The position numbers were made by a program, and so were the translations under genes. A DNA stretch of 64,000 bases, from contig NC_043003.1 of NCBI RefSeq assembly GCF_006345805.1, forward strand, positions 12,648,001 through 12,712,000, in the 5' to 3' direction. The notes beneath the pieces are model-generated. The model ran no database searches and had not been told where the DNA came from. It worked only from the letters and a program-made list of their open reading frames with translations. Positions 21,699 to 33,557 of the stretch are shown here, piece by piece. Origin of the DNA: Octopus sinensis. Taxonomy: Eukaryota. Every line of letters begins with the position of its first letter. Positions within the stretch are counted from its first letter, which is position 1.

Positions 21699-23546
21699 CA
21701 GTAGTTTTATTTTTATAGCGTGCTTTCACTTCACTACCGAGCGCAGCTCTGTGTGCCTTGGGTATGTGCTGTGATTTGTTGTGATGCTCTGATGGTTATT
21801 GTATGGAAAGTGTTCTGCGTAGGATGTGTGCAGTGCCTAGTAGTGGCAATTTTCTGTATGTTATATGTGTTTGTAAGTCCTGGTGTTTTTGTTATGTATT
21901 TGTCTGAATATTTTTTTATCATGCCTAATGCACCTACTATGATAGGAATTGTTTCTGTTTTCAGGTTCCACATTCTAGTTACCTCTATGAGAGTTTCTCC
22001 ATTTCTTTTAGAGACACGTTGTCATCTGCCGGTATTGATACATCAATTAGAAAGCATTTTTTTTCTTCATGATCTCTGACAACTATATCTGGTCTGTTGG
22101 CCTTAATTTCTCTATCTGTGTGTATCGGCATATCCCAGAGTATGGTTGCTTTCTCGTTTTCTGTGACCTTTTCTGGTGTGTGCCTATACCATCTTTTTTC
22201 TGTTGTTATTCCATAATGTTGGCATAGCTTCCAATGTATGTAGGTTCCAACTCTATCATGTCTGTGAATATATTCCTTCTTAGCCAGGACTGGGCAGCTA
22301 GAGATAATATGATTTATTGTTTCTTGTCCATCTCCACATATTCTGCAGTTACTTGTAATATTTCGTTTCATTACATGTTTTTGGTAATTTCTGGTGGGGA
22401 GGCTTTGGTCTTGTGCTGCAATTAAAAATCCCTCTGTTTCTGCTTTGAGTCCTGAGCTTCTCAACCATTGCTGGGATTTTTTTCTTTGTCTATTTCTTTT
22501 GCGTTTAGTTTAGTGCAGTATTTACCATGAAGGGGCTTTTCTTGCCATCGTTTTATCATGGATCGTTGCTGTTCTATTTTTAGTTTGGATTTCATTTGTT
22601 TTATAGCTTTTGTTGTTTCTTCATCATCTTCTTATTCTTCTTTGTGTTTATTAGGTGGTATGATTTCTTGTTTGTATTTGTCAGCTTCCTTAAATACTGA
22701 GAACAGTTTTTTGTTTTGCTCGTGTTTTGCTGCTATCTGGATCAGTTTTCCTTCCTTCTGAAGTAGGTATTTTTGCAGTCCTATGGTGGTTATTTTATAG
22801 TAGTTTTCCAGCTGTATAAGGCCTCTACCACCTTCTATACGTTGTATATATAGTCTTTCTATGTCAGATTTTGGGTGATGCAACCTAGATCCTGTCAGTA
22901 TTTTTCTTGTTTTCCTATCTATTTTGGACAGTTCATTTCGTGTCCAGTTAAGGATATTGTAGCTGTAACTTATAACTGGGACAGCTAAAGTGTTGATACC
23001 TATTATCTTGTTTTTAGCATTGAGCTCTGTTTTTAGTATTGATCTAACTCGTCTATAATATTCTTTTTTTATTTTCTCTTTCATTGTGTGTGTTGTGTCT
23101 TATCTAGTTCATGGATTCCTAAGTATTTGTAAGTTTGGCTTTGGTCTAATTCTTTTATTTCATTGGTTTTATCTAGTGTGATGTTGTTACTCTTAACTAG
23201 TTTTCCTCTTTTCATGGTTACTTTGGCGCATTTTTCTAATCCAAATTTCATATCTATTTCTTTGGTAAATCCATGAACTGTCTTTAATAGTGTTTCCAGC
23301 TGTTTGTCATTTGCAGCGTATAGTTTTAGGTCATCCATGTATAAAAGGTGGCTGATCGTTTTGCCGTAACATTTATATCCGCATCCAGTTCTATTTAGCA
23401 TATTAGATAGAGGTGACAGTGCCAAGCAGAAAAGGAGTGGAGAGAGCGTGTCTCCCTGGAATATTCCTCTTCTAATGGGGATGTCTTTGGTTTTCATGAG
23501 TCCCTCTTTTGTTTGGAGGTGTAGGACTGTTTGCCATTTATTCACA
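21699..23546 (-). mobile_element. R4/Dong-clade LINE, subfamily B, 5'-truncated
   Basis: RT motifs RRGIFQGDTLSPLLF and HLLYMDDLKLY (about 23330), CRICG...HIISSC, RPDIVVRD...LIDVSIP. Different 3' UTR from subfamily A. Both ends lie in (TTA)n. Confidence 0.92.
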
Positions 23547-23620
<74 letters not shown>

Positions 23621-23640
23621 CATCATCATCATCATCATTA

Positions 23641-24010
23641 AGGCGGCGAGCTGGCAGAAACGTTAGCACGGTGGGCGAAATGCTTTGAGGTATTTCGTCA
23701 GCCGCTGCGTTCTGAGTTCAAATTCCGCCGAAGTAGACTTCGCCTTTCATCCTTTCGGGGTCGATAAATTAAGCACCAGTTACTCACTAGGGTCGATGCA
23801 ATCGACTTAATCCGTTCGTGTGTCCTTGTTTGTCCCCCGTGTGTTTAACCCCTTGTGGGTAGTAAAGAAATAGGTATTTCGTCCGCCTTTACGTTCTGAG
23901 TTCAAATTCCGCCGGGGTTGACCTTGCCTTTCATCCTTTCGGGGTCGATAAATTAAATAGCAATGAAACACTGGGGTCGATATAATCGACTTAATCCGCA
24001 TCCCACAAAT
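23641..24010 (+). mobile_element. SINE family B, tandem partial copies
   Basis: Family B head and central domain, repeated. Confidence 0.85.
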
Positions 24011-24066
24011 TTCAGGCCTTGTGCTTCCAGCAGAAAAGATTATTATTATTATTATTATTATTGTTA

Positions 24067-24097
<31 letters not shown>

Positions 24098-24170
24098 TAT
24101 TGAGAGAGCAGTGCATGCCATGAGAGTGACACTGGGGTAAAATATATGAACTCCATTATTATTATTATTG

Positions 24171-24723
24171 AGTGAGAGAGCAGTTCATGCCATCAAAGTG
24201 ACACTGGGGTAAAATATACGAAGCCCAATATACCCATCATGACTACCCGTCTGATAAAAGTACACCAGGCACATGCATCACAACCATATGTGCGCGACAT
24301 GGTGATCTCATATCAAGATAAACAGCACATGACCTTGCAGGTGGGGCCCAGTTAGAATTTTCTTCAGGTTGAGTAGCCCATCCCGCTCAAACGGTCCCTG
24401 AATAAGGGTTGCTTAAGGATGTTGAAAGAACCACCCATGTTTCCAGAGGTGAACTATTCAAACCCCAAAGAATCCCTCTCAACACATGGCTATGATGCTC
24501 CCCCACTACTTCTGCTCGTGATCAGAGATGCACATATCGTCAGCCACTAAGGGACATGCTCAACTGGTTAAGGTCAAACAACTGACAAGCAAATCTGTGG
24601 TATTGAGCAGAATATTTGCTGTAGCCCATCTTTTATACCAAGACAAAACAATGTACATGATAACACTTCCAATCAGTTAAGATCAGAAGCCATGAGAGCC
24701 ACTGCCTGGTACTGCATCAGGGC
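24171..24723 (-). mobile_element. Non-coding about 550-bp element inserted in (TAA)n (element E)
   Basis: Flanked by (ATT)n on both sides. A 5'-truncated copy of its 3' end lies at about 24101-24152. No ORF. Confidence 0.65.
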
Positions 24724-24824
<101 letters not shown>

Positions 24825-25071
24825 TGTCGTTTCATCCATAAGAACCACATCAAAGTTTCCTTGGCATCACTCCCAGTCTGTTGCCGGTATTGCCCCTTGG
24901 TTACAGACCCTCCATCATAAATATTTTAGTCTTTATGTTGTCTCTCCCTTGTAAACTGTAATTTGTTGTCATTTTGTTGGGGAAATAAACAACTTGGATC
25001 AAAATTGAATTTTTTTTACCATCAAATCTCTGTCAGTTTTTCTCTTTCGTACCTTTTCTCCTTCTTTTATT

Positions 25072-25108
<37 letters not shown>

Positions 25109-25994
25109 TCTCCATTCCTCTCTTTTCTTATCTTTAAGATTGTTTGCTTAAGCACAAAGCACATTCTTCTTTGTGAGTTGTTACGTGATCACCGTCCATG
25201 TGGTATCTTTGAAGCGAAATTAATCGCTAAAATAAACAATTGCCGTGTTGCACCCAAAACAACCAACGCAATATAATCGTGTCTTTTATACTAAACAACT
25301 TACACCTGCCCAGGTGTCTGTAATTGGATTATTTTCTCGACATGGTTCACTTACCACAGGTGGTTGTTAATGAAATGAATTCCGCGAGAAATGGAATCTG
25401 TGCACCCGCTTTTCTAAGAAGGCGACGCCTGGTTTAGATCTCAAAATCGAAACTCTACGGAGAACGGAAGGCGATATTTACAGCCGATACAGAAAGAAAT
25501 TATCCACAAACAAGAAGAATGACTGTAAGCAACTATTTGTCCATTTTCGCTATCCATTATCTACTGAAGGGTCACGGGAGTAGACCCCTCTGACATCTCT
25601 TCTATAGGGTCCTATCAGAAACATCTGTCCATGCAAGCTTCTTTCAGTTTCCGTCTACCAAATCCACTCACAAGACTTCGGCCAGCCTGATGCTATAGTA
25701 GAAGACATTTGTCCAAGGTACTACGCAGTGGGACTGAACCCACGACCATGTGCTTGGGAAGCAAGCTTCTTTCCACTGTCATGCTCGCGCCTTTTTATAA
25801 TCTTCTTCCTGTCAATCAAGCGGGTCAAGGACGAAAAGTGTTTGACAGCTGTCGGTGGGTTTTATGAGATACAGAGCTGAGGGATTGTTCGTTTGATATA
25901 AACAGAACGTGGCAGGATGAAACTGTTTGGATTGAGGTCAATGGTACGAAATACGTCTTTAGACCTTAACACAGGAACGGAATAATAGACACTA

Positions 25995-26214
25995 TCACAA
26001 CAACAACAACTACTACTACTACTACTAGCACCACTACCACCATTATTACTACAACGACAACCACCACCACCACCACCACCACCACCATCACTACTACTAC
26101 TACTACTACTAGTACTACTACTAGCACCACTACCACCATTAATACTACAAAGGCAACCACCAGCACCACCACCACCACTGCCGCTGCTACTACTGCAACC
26201 ACCACCACCATCAC

Positions 26215-26248
<34 letters not shown>

Positions 26249-26351
26249 TCCACCGTCAACATCATCGCTGCTGCTACTACTACAACTGCAACCACTACCA
26301 CTGCTACTACTACTAGTACTACTGCTGCTGCTGCTGCTACCACAATAACTT

Positions 26352-26401
<50 letters not shown>

Positions 26402-26414
26402 GCTGCTGCTGTTG

Positions 26415-26494
<80 letters not shown>

Positions 26495-26525
26495 GTTGCT
26501 GCTGCTGCTGCTACTTCTACTACTG
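25995..26525. repeat. Compound trinucleotide tract (ACT/ACC/GCT)n
   Basis: Direct reading. Source of the poly-Ser/Val/Leu ORFs in the track. Confidence 0.95.
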
Positions 26526-26789
26526 CAGTTAACCAAACTCTATCGCCTGAACATGACACGTTCAGTAATGTATTCCTCGATCAACTGTGCCTGTAAAAGG
26601 ACGGGTTAATCACGGATGGCATGCCTTTGATCACTGGTTCTACTCAGCATCAGGCGATCAAGGATAGGGATCAGCGCCCCTTCTCCCACCAACACTATCA
26701 TCACCAACATCACTAATACATTGCTACAAACACCGTGGCGAAGCATAAATAAAAGCCATGTCTTTATTACAAAGTTGAAGGAATATAAC

Positions 26790-27170
26790 GGGAAGCTTTA
26801 TGAAAATAAACAAAAGACTGAAGGCAGGTGGAAACAAACAACAATTGTATTAGTATGGCGCTCAGGAATATAAATAAAACAAGTCTTTTACGTTTCGAGC
26901 CTACGCTCTTCGACAGAAAGATACACAGAAAAGAAACACGGAAAGAAACAAGGAGAGAAAAAAATGCGTGCAGAAGCTTGCGATTCAACATGAGGACAAT
27001 GCCGTTGCAGGAATTAGCCTAGAAGGGGACAGTTCCAATACAATTTTCCTCAGGGCGTTGTGTCCCTGATTCAGGGTTCTTGAAACGCTTGTCATGATGG
27101 TTGTTTGGTGTGTTCGTGACTGGATACTTGGATGAAAATGTTTCTTGGATGCATGAAAGAAATTAACTTA
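26790..27170 (-). mobile_element. Penelope-like 3' end with variant hammerhead motif
   Basis: Shares about 130 nt with 48410-48560 and 52330-52495. Motif cttt CTGTCGA A GAG cgtagg CTC GAA ACGT A aaag at 26885-26920. Confidence 0.6.
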
Positions 27171-27182
27171 AATAATATAGAC

Positions 27183-27711
27183 AGCCAGGAGTGGGTGTGT
27201 GGTAAGTAGCTTGCTTACGAGCCACATGGTTCCGGGTTCAGTCCCACTGCGTGGCACCTTGGGCAAGTGTCTTCTACTATAGCCTCGGGTCGACCAAAGC
27301 CTTGGGAGTGGATTCGGTAGACGGAAACTGAAAGAAGCCCGTCGTATGTATGTATGTATGTATATATGTGTGTGTATTTTTGTCTGTGTTTGTCCCCCCA
27401 CATCACCACCTGACAACCGGTGTTGGCGTGTTTACGTCCCCGTAACTTAACCGTTCGGCAGCAGGGATCGATATATATATATTTCTTTACTACCCACAAG
27501 GGGCTAAACACAGAGGGGACAAACAAGGACAGACAAACGGATTAAGTCGATTACGTCGACCCCAGTGCGTAACTGGTACTTAATTTATCGACCCCGAAAG
27601 GATGAAAGGCAAAGTCGACCTCGGCGGAATTTGAACTCGGAACGTAACGACAGACGAATACGGCTACGCATTTCGCCCGGCGTGCTACGTTTCTGCCAGC
27701 TCGCCGATATA

Positions 27712-27790
<79 letters not shown>

Positions 27791-28020
27791 AGTGCGCGCG
27801 CGTGTATATGTGTATGTTTGTGTATTGTGTTTGTCCCCCCAGCATCTCTTGACAACCGATGCTGGTGTTTGCATCCCCGTCACTTGGCGGTTCGGCCGGA
27901 GAGACCGGTGGAATAAGTACTAGGCTTACAAAGAATAAGTCATGAGGTCGATTTGCTCGACTGGGGGTGGTGCTCTAGCATGGCCGCGGTCAAATGACTG
28001 AAACAAATAAAAGAATAGAA
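27183..28020. mobile_element. SINE A (+) interrupted by SINE B (-, about 27481-27707), with partial tail duplication
   Basis: Family A head and tail segments flank a reversed family B copy and (TA)n(TG)n. Confidence 0.8.
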
Positions 28021-28346
28021 AGAAAAGAAAAAGAAAAAGAATAACATCCGCGAACATTTAAGTGAAGTATTTATTGTTGCACATAAAAAAAGCAATTTGC
28101 GTTGGTGATTCACAGTTAACAAAAGCAATAATTACAGACTGGGAGAGATATGCTGCTCTGAGATTAGATAGCTATCGGTACAGCAATGTGCAGCCGGTCC
28201 AACATACATGAAATCAACTGCGTTATCTTCGTGGCAATGCACATCCTTAATCGTCTTTTCTAGGCCATCCGTGTTGGCCGTCTGCTGGCCAGAACGGAGG
28301 TACATTCTGCAATTAATTACCGCCAAAAGCGGTCCTTTATAGATTA

Positions 28347-28712
28347 CTAGCACTACGACCTGGCAACGCCAGGTAATAGTGCTAGTGCATGCATATTAAG
28401 CTGCGTGCGTGCGCACATACATGCGAGTACTGTCCAAATCTCCGACCAATCACATACAGCTAGCAAGCTTTCAATTGGCATATCAAGTTTCGGGCATTTT
28501 GATTGGGTTTTGGATAGAAAATTCACAAAAAAGTCACTTCTATTGATTTTTAATGGCTTTACCGGGTGACTGGGGAAATGTGAAGATGTGCACGACCACC
28601 CTTGGACGGTTTTGAATGACCATAGCAAGTGCGAGCCCTCTAACTGAAAAATGTGGATTTGTATAATGGACACACACACAGATAGACATTTTGCCGTTTA
28701 TATATAGAGAGA
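28347..28712 (-). mobile_element. Non-autonomous Helitron
   Basis: Minus strand starts A^TCTCTCTATATATAAACGG and ends with hairpin cctggcgttgccagg plus CTAG^T. Confidence 0.75.
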
Positions 28713-29188
28713 TAAGAAGAATATTCTAGAAGACTAAATCATGCCATAGCTTGACGTTGATTGATTGCTTAATAAACCGATCGTGTGAAACTGTTGCGGT
28801 TCGCTCGTGACGTCCGACCACGTAATTAGCGATTCGGTTTCGAATCACCGCTCCACGCTCAAATAGCTAAATCCACCAGCCCTTAAAACGGCACTGCTAG
28901 GAAAACCAGATTTAAACTAAGTAACGCGCTACGCTATATAAAACCCTAAGGTCCTCGTTTTTACACCAGAGGGACTCACAAAACTTGATAGTACAGTAAT
29001 GTTAAAGACTGCTTCATTAACTTGTATTACTAATGCCCACGTTTCATGTAGGTAGAACCTGGATAAGCAGGAACGTAAGAGTGGGTCAGGCTGATACGAT
29101 CTTAGATTCTCCCTTAATCGAATGACTCATAGCAGTTGAGCAATAACCTGTCGTTGTAGAACTAAAGTAACATCCTTATATTGTGCTA

Positions 29189-29572
29189 TCTCTCTCTATA
29201 GTTGTCTGTGTATGGCAGGTTTAGTAGCCTTCAACTAACACTATCTCGTCCGAGACCCTGCGGCGCAAGTTGACCAAAATTGAAAGTATGATAGAAGAAG
29301 GCTTGCTCTTCCTTCCGTAGAAGAAAAAATTCAAATCGGACCATGTTAACACCAAAAATTATTTACATCAAAAAGGTGCTTTTTTTTTCTATGAAAACCC
29401 CTATTTTTTACGATTTTTTGACTGCCGTGTCGCCATTTTTCGGTGTATTTCAGCCAGAAAAATGTTCACTCAAAGAGAATAACAAGCTACATAATGCACA
29501 ATTTTTACTTTTCAAAAATTCCAATTCTAAAGGGTCGAAACAAACCCTATTAACGCCGGGCGATACTGCTAG
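29189..29572 (+). mobile_element. Non-autonomous Helitron, family 2
   Basis: Starts A^TC, ends aacgccgggcgatactgCTAG^T. Second copy at about 32030-32406. Confidence 0.75.
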
Positions 29573-30007
29573 TTATGAATAAATATTGTTTTGAGGCGTT
29601 CTTATTTTAAAGCAAGCACACTATGTTTGGTTTAATGGAGAAAAAAAAACACGAGAAACGTAAACTAGTTTTCATTTATATCGACTTACGTCAATTTATA
29701 CATCATTTCCTCTTTCTTGAACTTTTGGATGCTGACCCGAAGATACACATTCTGCTCAGCATCGGCTACTCTGGCAGGAAACTTTTTAAAACTTTGTTGC
29801 AACGTAACCAGTCAAAGGACAGGACATCAGACTGAGTCTCTTAATCAATTATGTATCACCAAATGTATTTGAATACATTACCGATGTGTTTATTTGACGG
29901 CTGTTAATGTTCTGCAGGCTAAATATGTGAAACCAAGCAATGACGTAAATGAACAGCAATTCTTGGCTACTCGTCAACGAACCATTAGACCGATATCTAC
30001 AAACATT

Positions 30008-30605
30008 AAAGGCGGCGAGCTGGCAGACACGTTAGCACGCCGGACGGAATGCTTAGCTGTATTTCGTCTGCCGTTACGTTCTGAGTTCAAATTCCGCCGA
30101 GGTCGACTTTGCCTTTAATCCTTTCGGGATCGATAAATTAAGTACGAGTTACGCACTGGGGTCGATATAATCGACTTAATACGTGTGTCTGTCCTTGTTT
30201 GTCCTCTCTGTGTTTAGCCCCTTGTAGGTAGTAAAGAAATAGGTATTTCGTCTGTCTTTATGTTCTGTCTTACTGTGTAGATGAAAATAATAAATTCGCA
30301 TCAAGAAACATGTTCTCAAGTTTTCCTTAGCGTTCGAGAACGTCTACGACACATTCCACTAGCTGATTGGATACAATTGGGTGAAATGCCGCCTTGTGGG
30401 TAGTAAAGAAATGCTTAGCTGTATTTCGTCTGCCGCTATGTTCTGAGTTCAAATTCCGCCGAGGTCGACTTTGCCTTTCATCCTTTCGGGGTCGAATAAA
30501 TAAGTACCAGTTACGCACTGGGGTCGATATAATCGACTTAATCTCTTTGTCTGTCCTTGTTTGTCCTCTCTGTGTTTAGCCCATTGTGGACAGTAAAGAA
30601 ATGAA
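30008..30605 (+). mobile_element. Two SINE family B copies
   Basis: Family B sequence at about 30008-30260 and 30395-30605. Confidence 0.85.
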
Positions 30606-30804
30606 TATCTACAAACATTAAAGCTCTTAGCAAAGGATTGTAACCTTAAAGCAGCAACTGCCTGGCAACACAGGCGATGGAGCTGTCTGTACAAGGGACG
30701 TTATTATTAATCCTAGAAAAAAGTGACATAAACACATGAAAGTGACCACAAGTCTAATTTTCATTGAAAAATATATACAAAATATAAAAAAAAATTAATT
30801 GAAA

Positions 30805-30971
30805 TAGGCGCAGGAGTGGCTGCGTGGTAAGTAGCTTGCTTACCAACCACATGGTTCCGGGTTCAGTCCAACTGCGTGGTACCTTGGGCAAGTGTTTTCT
30901 ACTATAGCCTCGGGCCGACCAAAGCCTTGTGAGTGGATTTGGTAGACGGAAACTGAAAGAAGCCCGTCGTT

Positions 30972-31028
<57 letters not shown>

Positions 31029-31135
31029 ATATATGTGTGTTTGTGTGTCTGTGCTTGTCCCCACAACATTGCTCGACAAAAGGCGGTGCTTCAGCATGGC
31101 CACAGTCAAATGACTGAAACAAGTAAAAGAGTAAA
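30805..31135 (+). mobile_element. SINE family A with internal deletion
   Basis: Head and tail present, middle of the tail missing. Confidence 0.85.
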
Positions 31136-31169
31136 AAAGAGAGATTAAAGAGAGAGAAACTGTTCAAAT

Positions 31170-31560
31170 ACAAAGCTGTTCCATACGTGTGGCCTTCACC
31201 TGCAAAAATCTGACATTTTTGACGGCGAATTCAACTCTTTTTCTTTTTATCTGAAGGACAAATCCCGTGAAATCCTCGCGAGTCACCTGTTTCTTCTCTT
31301 TTGGATACTGGAATTATTTCAGTAGGTTCTCCATCATCAAGGAGTTCTTCAACCAGCATTTTAAGAAATTCCTGTCTAGATAAGGGTTTGTTCTTCTGTT
31401 TGAATCATGGGTGCTTTTCAATATATCACAAAAAAGCATTGTATGCTGTTGTATCAATCAGGTTGAAACAAAAATAGCCTTTGGTCATCTTCGTGTGGTT
31501 CGATCCACCCAATAGTATCCAATCAGCTGGTGAAATGTGTCATAGAAGTTCTCCAACTCT
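31170..31560 (-). pseudogene. piggyBac transposase C-terminal remnant
   Basis: Frameshifted DTFHQLIGYYWVDRTTRR*PKAIF / FNLIDTTAYNAF / LSRQEFLKMLVEELL, resembling the piggyBac GVD..DQ...Y...R.T.RW....F...ID....NA block. Confidence 0.7.
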
Positions 31561-31798
31561 AAGGAAAACTCGAGAAATATGTTTCTTGATACGAATTTAT
31601 TATTTTCATCTACAAAATAAGACACAGTGCTGACAAGACCACAGCCGTCCAGTCTATGTTTCTACGGAACTTTTCTGAAATTTAAAACCCAAACTCGGAA
31701 TGAAAAAAAAAATTTGCCAAAAATCTTGGGATAAGAAATTCAAGATACTGTTAATTCATCGTGCCATTAATTTTATTATATTTAAAAAAAAATAACAA

Positions 31799-32019
31799 CC
31801 CTTTAGCATTTGAACCAGCCATATCAGGCCTAAATATTCTACCTTGCTTTATGTTGAAACTGGCCAGATCTGGTTTCTAATATCTACCTTACAATGTTAT
31901 TCTAAAAATAAATAATCACATAATTGAAATTTCAAAGCTACAAGATAATGAATGATTAATTCAAAACAATTTGGTTGAATAAGCATTACATTTGACTGAG
32001 AAATCTGAATGCTAAAGCG
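31799..32019. mobile_element. piggyBac-type MITE
   Basis: Ends ccctttagcatt / aatgctaaagcg. Homologous to 10946-11146. Confidence 0.6.
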
Positions 32020-32029
32020 TAATCACAAA

Positions 32030-32406
32030 AAAGAAGTTGTTTGTGTATGGCAGGTTTGGTAGCCTTCAACAAACACTATCTCCTCCGAGACCCTGCGGCG
32101 CAAGTTGATCAAAATTGAGAGTATGATAGAAGAAGGTTTGCTCTTCCTTCTGTAGAAGAAAAAATTCAAATCAGACCATGTTAACACCAAAAATGATTTA
32201 CATCAAAAAGGTGCTCTTTTTTAAAGAAAATCCCTATTTTTTAACGAATTTTTGACTGCTGTGTCGCCATTTTTCGGTGTATTTCAACCAGAAAAATGTT
32301 CACTTAAAGAGAATAACAAGCTACATGATGCAACATTTTTACATTTCAAAAATTCCAATTCTAAAGGATCGAAACAAACCCGAACAACACCAGGCGATAC
32401 TGCTAG
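32030..32406 (+). mobile_element. Non-autonomous Helitron, family 2, 5' end missing
   Basis: Collinear with 29200-29572. Ends gcgatactgCTAG^T. Confidence 0.75.
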
Positions 32407-32589
32407 TCAAGTATAAACCATGAAAATAGCTGAAAAATAATCTGCACCTTTTGCCCGACCCCTCTAAATTAATGCAGCTGTGGTTGGTCCTCAAAAAAAC
32501 TCAGTAGGAAAATACTATTCGTATGCTCCTAGATTACTCTTCAACACTTGCAGCAGTTATCCCTAAGTAGTTCTTCTACGCTTTAAAGT

Positions 32590-33000
32590 AACATCCCCGA
32601 TCAAAATTCCCCGCCAAGGAAGCGTTATGTAATAATTGTGACTAAAATAGGACATTACACCAAAGTACGCCAATCTCCTTAATCTTCAGCGACATCCACA
32701 ATAGCTACACTCTCCGCTGCTCCATTCAATGTCTGTCACGTGCTCTTGTGGACAATCGAATAAGTGGAAGAAAAACCAAGGCATTAGGGGACACAGGGAG
32801 CTCACAAAGCTTCCTTAACAAACAAACAAACAAACACAAGTTGAAGGTAAATCTAACAAATGGCTATACCTCGCTGGCATTCAGCTCCCTTACTTTTGAA
32901 ATTAATGAAGTGTGCCAAGTCAGCGCAGGATTTTCAAACGGTTATTACGATTATGCCATATTATCTGTTATCCATATAACCAGTCTCAGCACTGTCTAAA
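32590..33000 (+). pseudogene. Ty3/Gypsy-like gag-protease remnant
   Basis: Broken CCHC knuckle (PAKEALCNNC / IGHYTKV) followed by aspartic protease motif KALGDTGSSQSFL (Asp codon at 32790). Confidence 0.7.
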
Positions 33001-33089
33001 AAACATCCTATAACCATCCATTAATTCCACAAACCTCCATCGACTCCACTTTCTGCAATGTTTTCACTACTTTCGACAAAAAGGTTACC

Positions 33090-33332
33090 TACGTTATTTA
33101 CATTTGACGGATATTTGTCCTCATCTTGTTTGTTGTTCACACGACGTTTCGGCTGATATACCCTCCAGCCTTCATCAGGTATCTTGGGGAAATTTCGAAC
33201 ATGAGTTCTCATTCCTAAGGTATTTTTCGATCTTCTTCTTCTTCTTCTTCTTCTTCTTCTTCTTCTTCTTCTTCTTCTTCTTCTTCTTCTTCTTCTTCTT
33301 CTTCTTTTCTTCTTCTTCTTCTTCTTCTTCTT

Positions 33333-33398
<66 letters not shown>

Positions 33399-33510
33399 TT
33401 ATTATTATTATTATTATTATTATTCAGGTCACTGCCTGGAATCGAACTCGGAATCTTGGGGTTAGTATCCGCGCTCTTAACCAGTACGAGCCTATGGCGT
33501 AGTGATTTAA

Positions 33511-33557
<47 letters not shown>

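Noticed and set aside
24480-24720. Short matches of element E to U1 (tgatcacga, gtagtggggga) and U2 (cctggta.tgca)
   Set aside because: Matches are 9-11 nt, not collinear at the right spacing, and there is no Sm site or splice-site pairing region.
25354-25525. Exon-like segment EFREKWNLCTRFSKK...KKND ending in GTAAGC
   Set aside because: Two in-frame stops lie between the only good acceptor and the open stretch, all minus-strand frames are also closed, and no homology is recognised.
25862-26609. 224-aa poly-Ser/Gly and 197-aa poly-Val/Ala ORFs
   Set aside because: Trinucleotide tract read in different frames, with no complex coding sequence within the tract.
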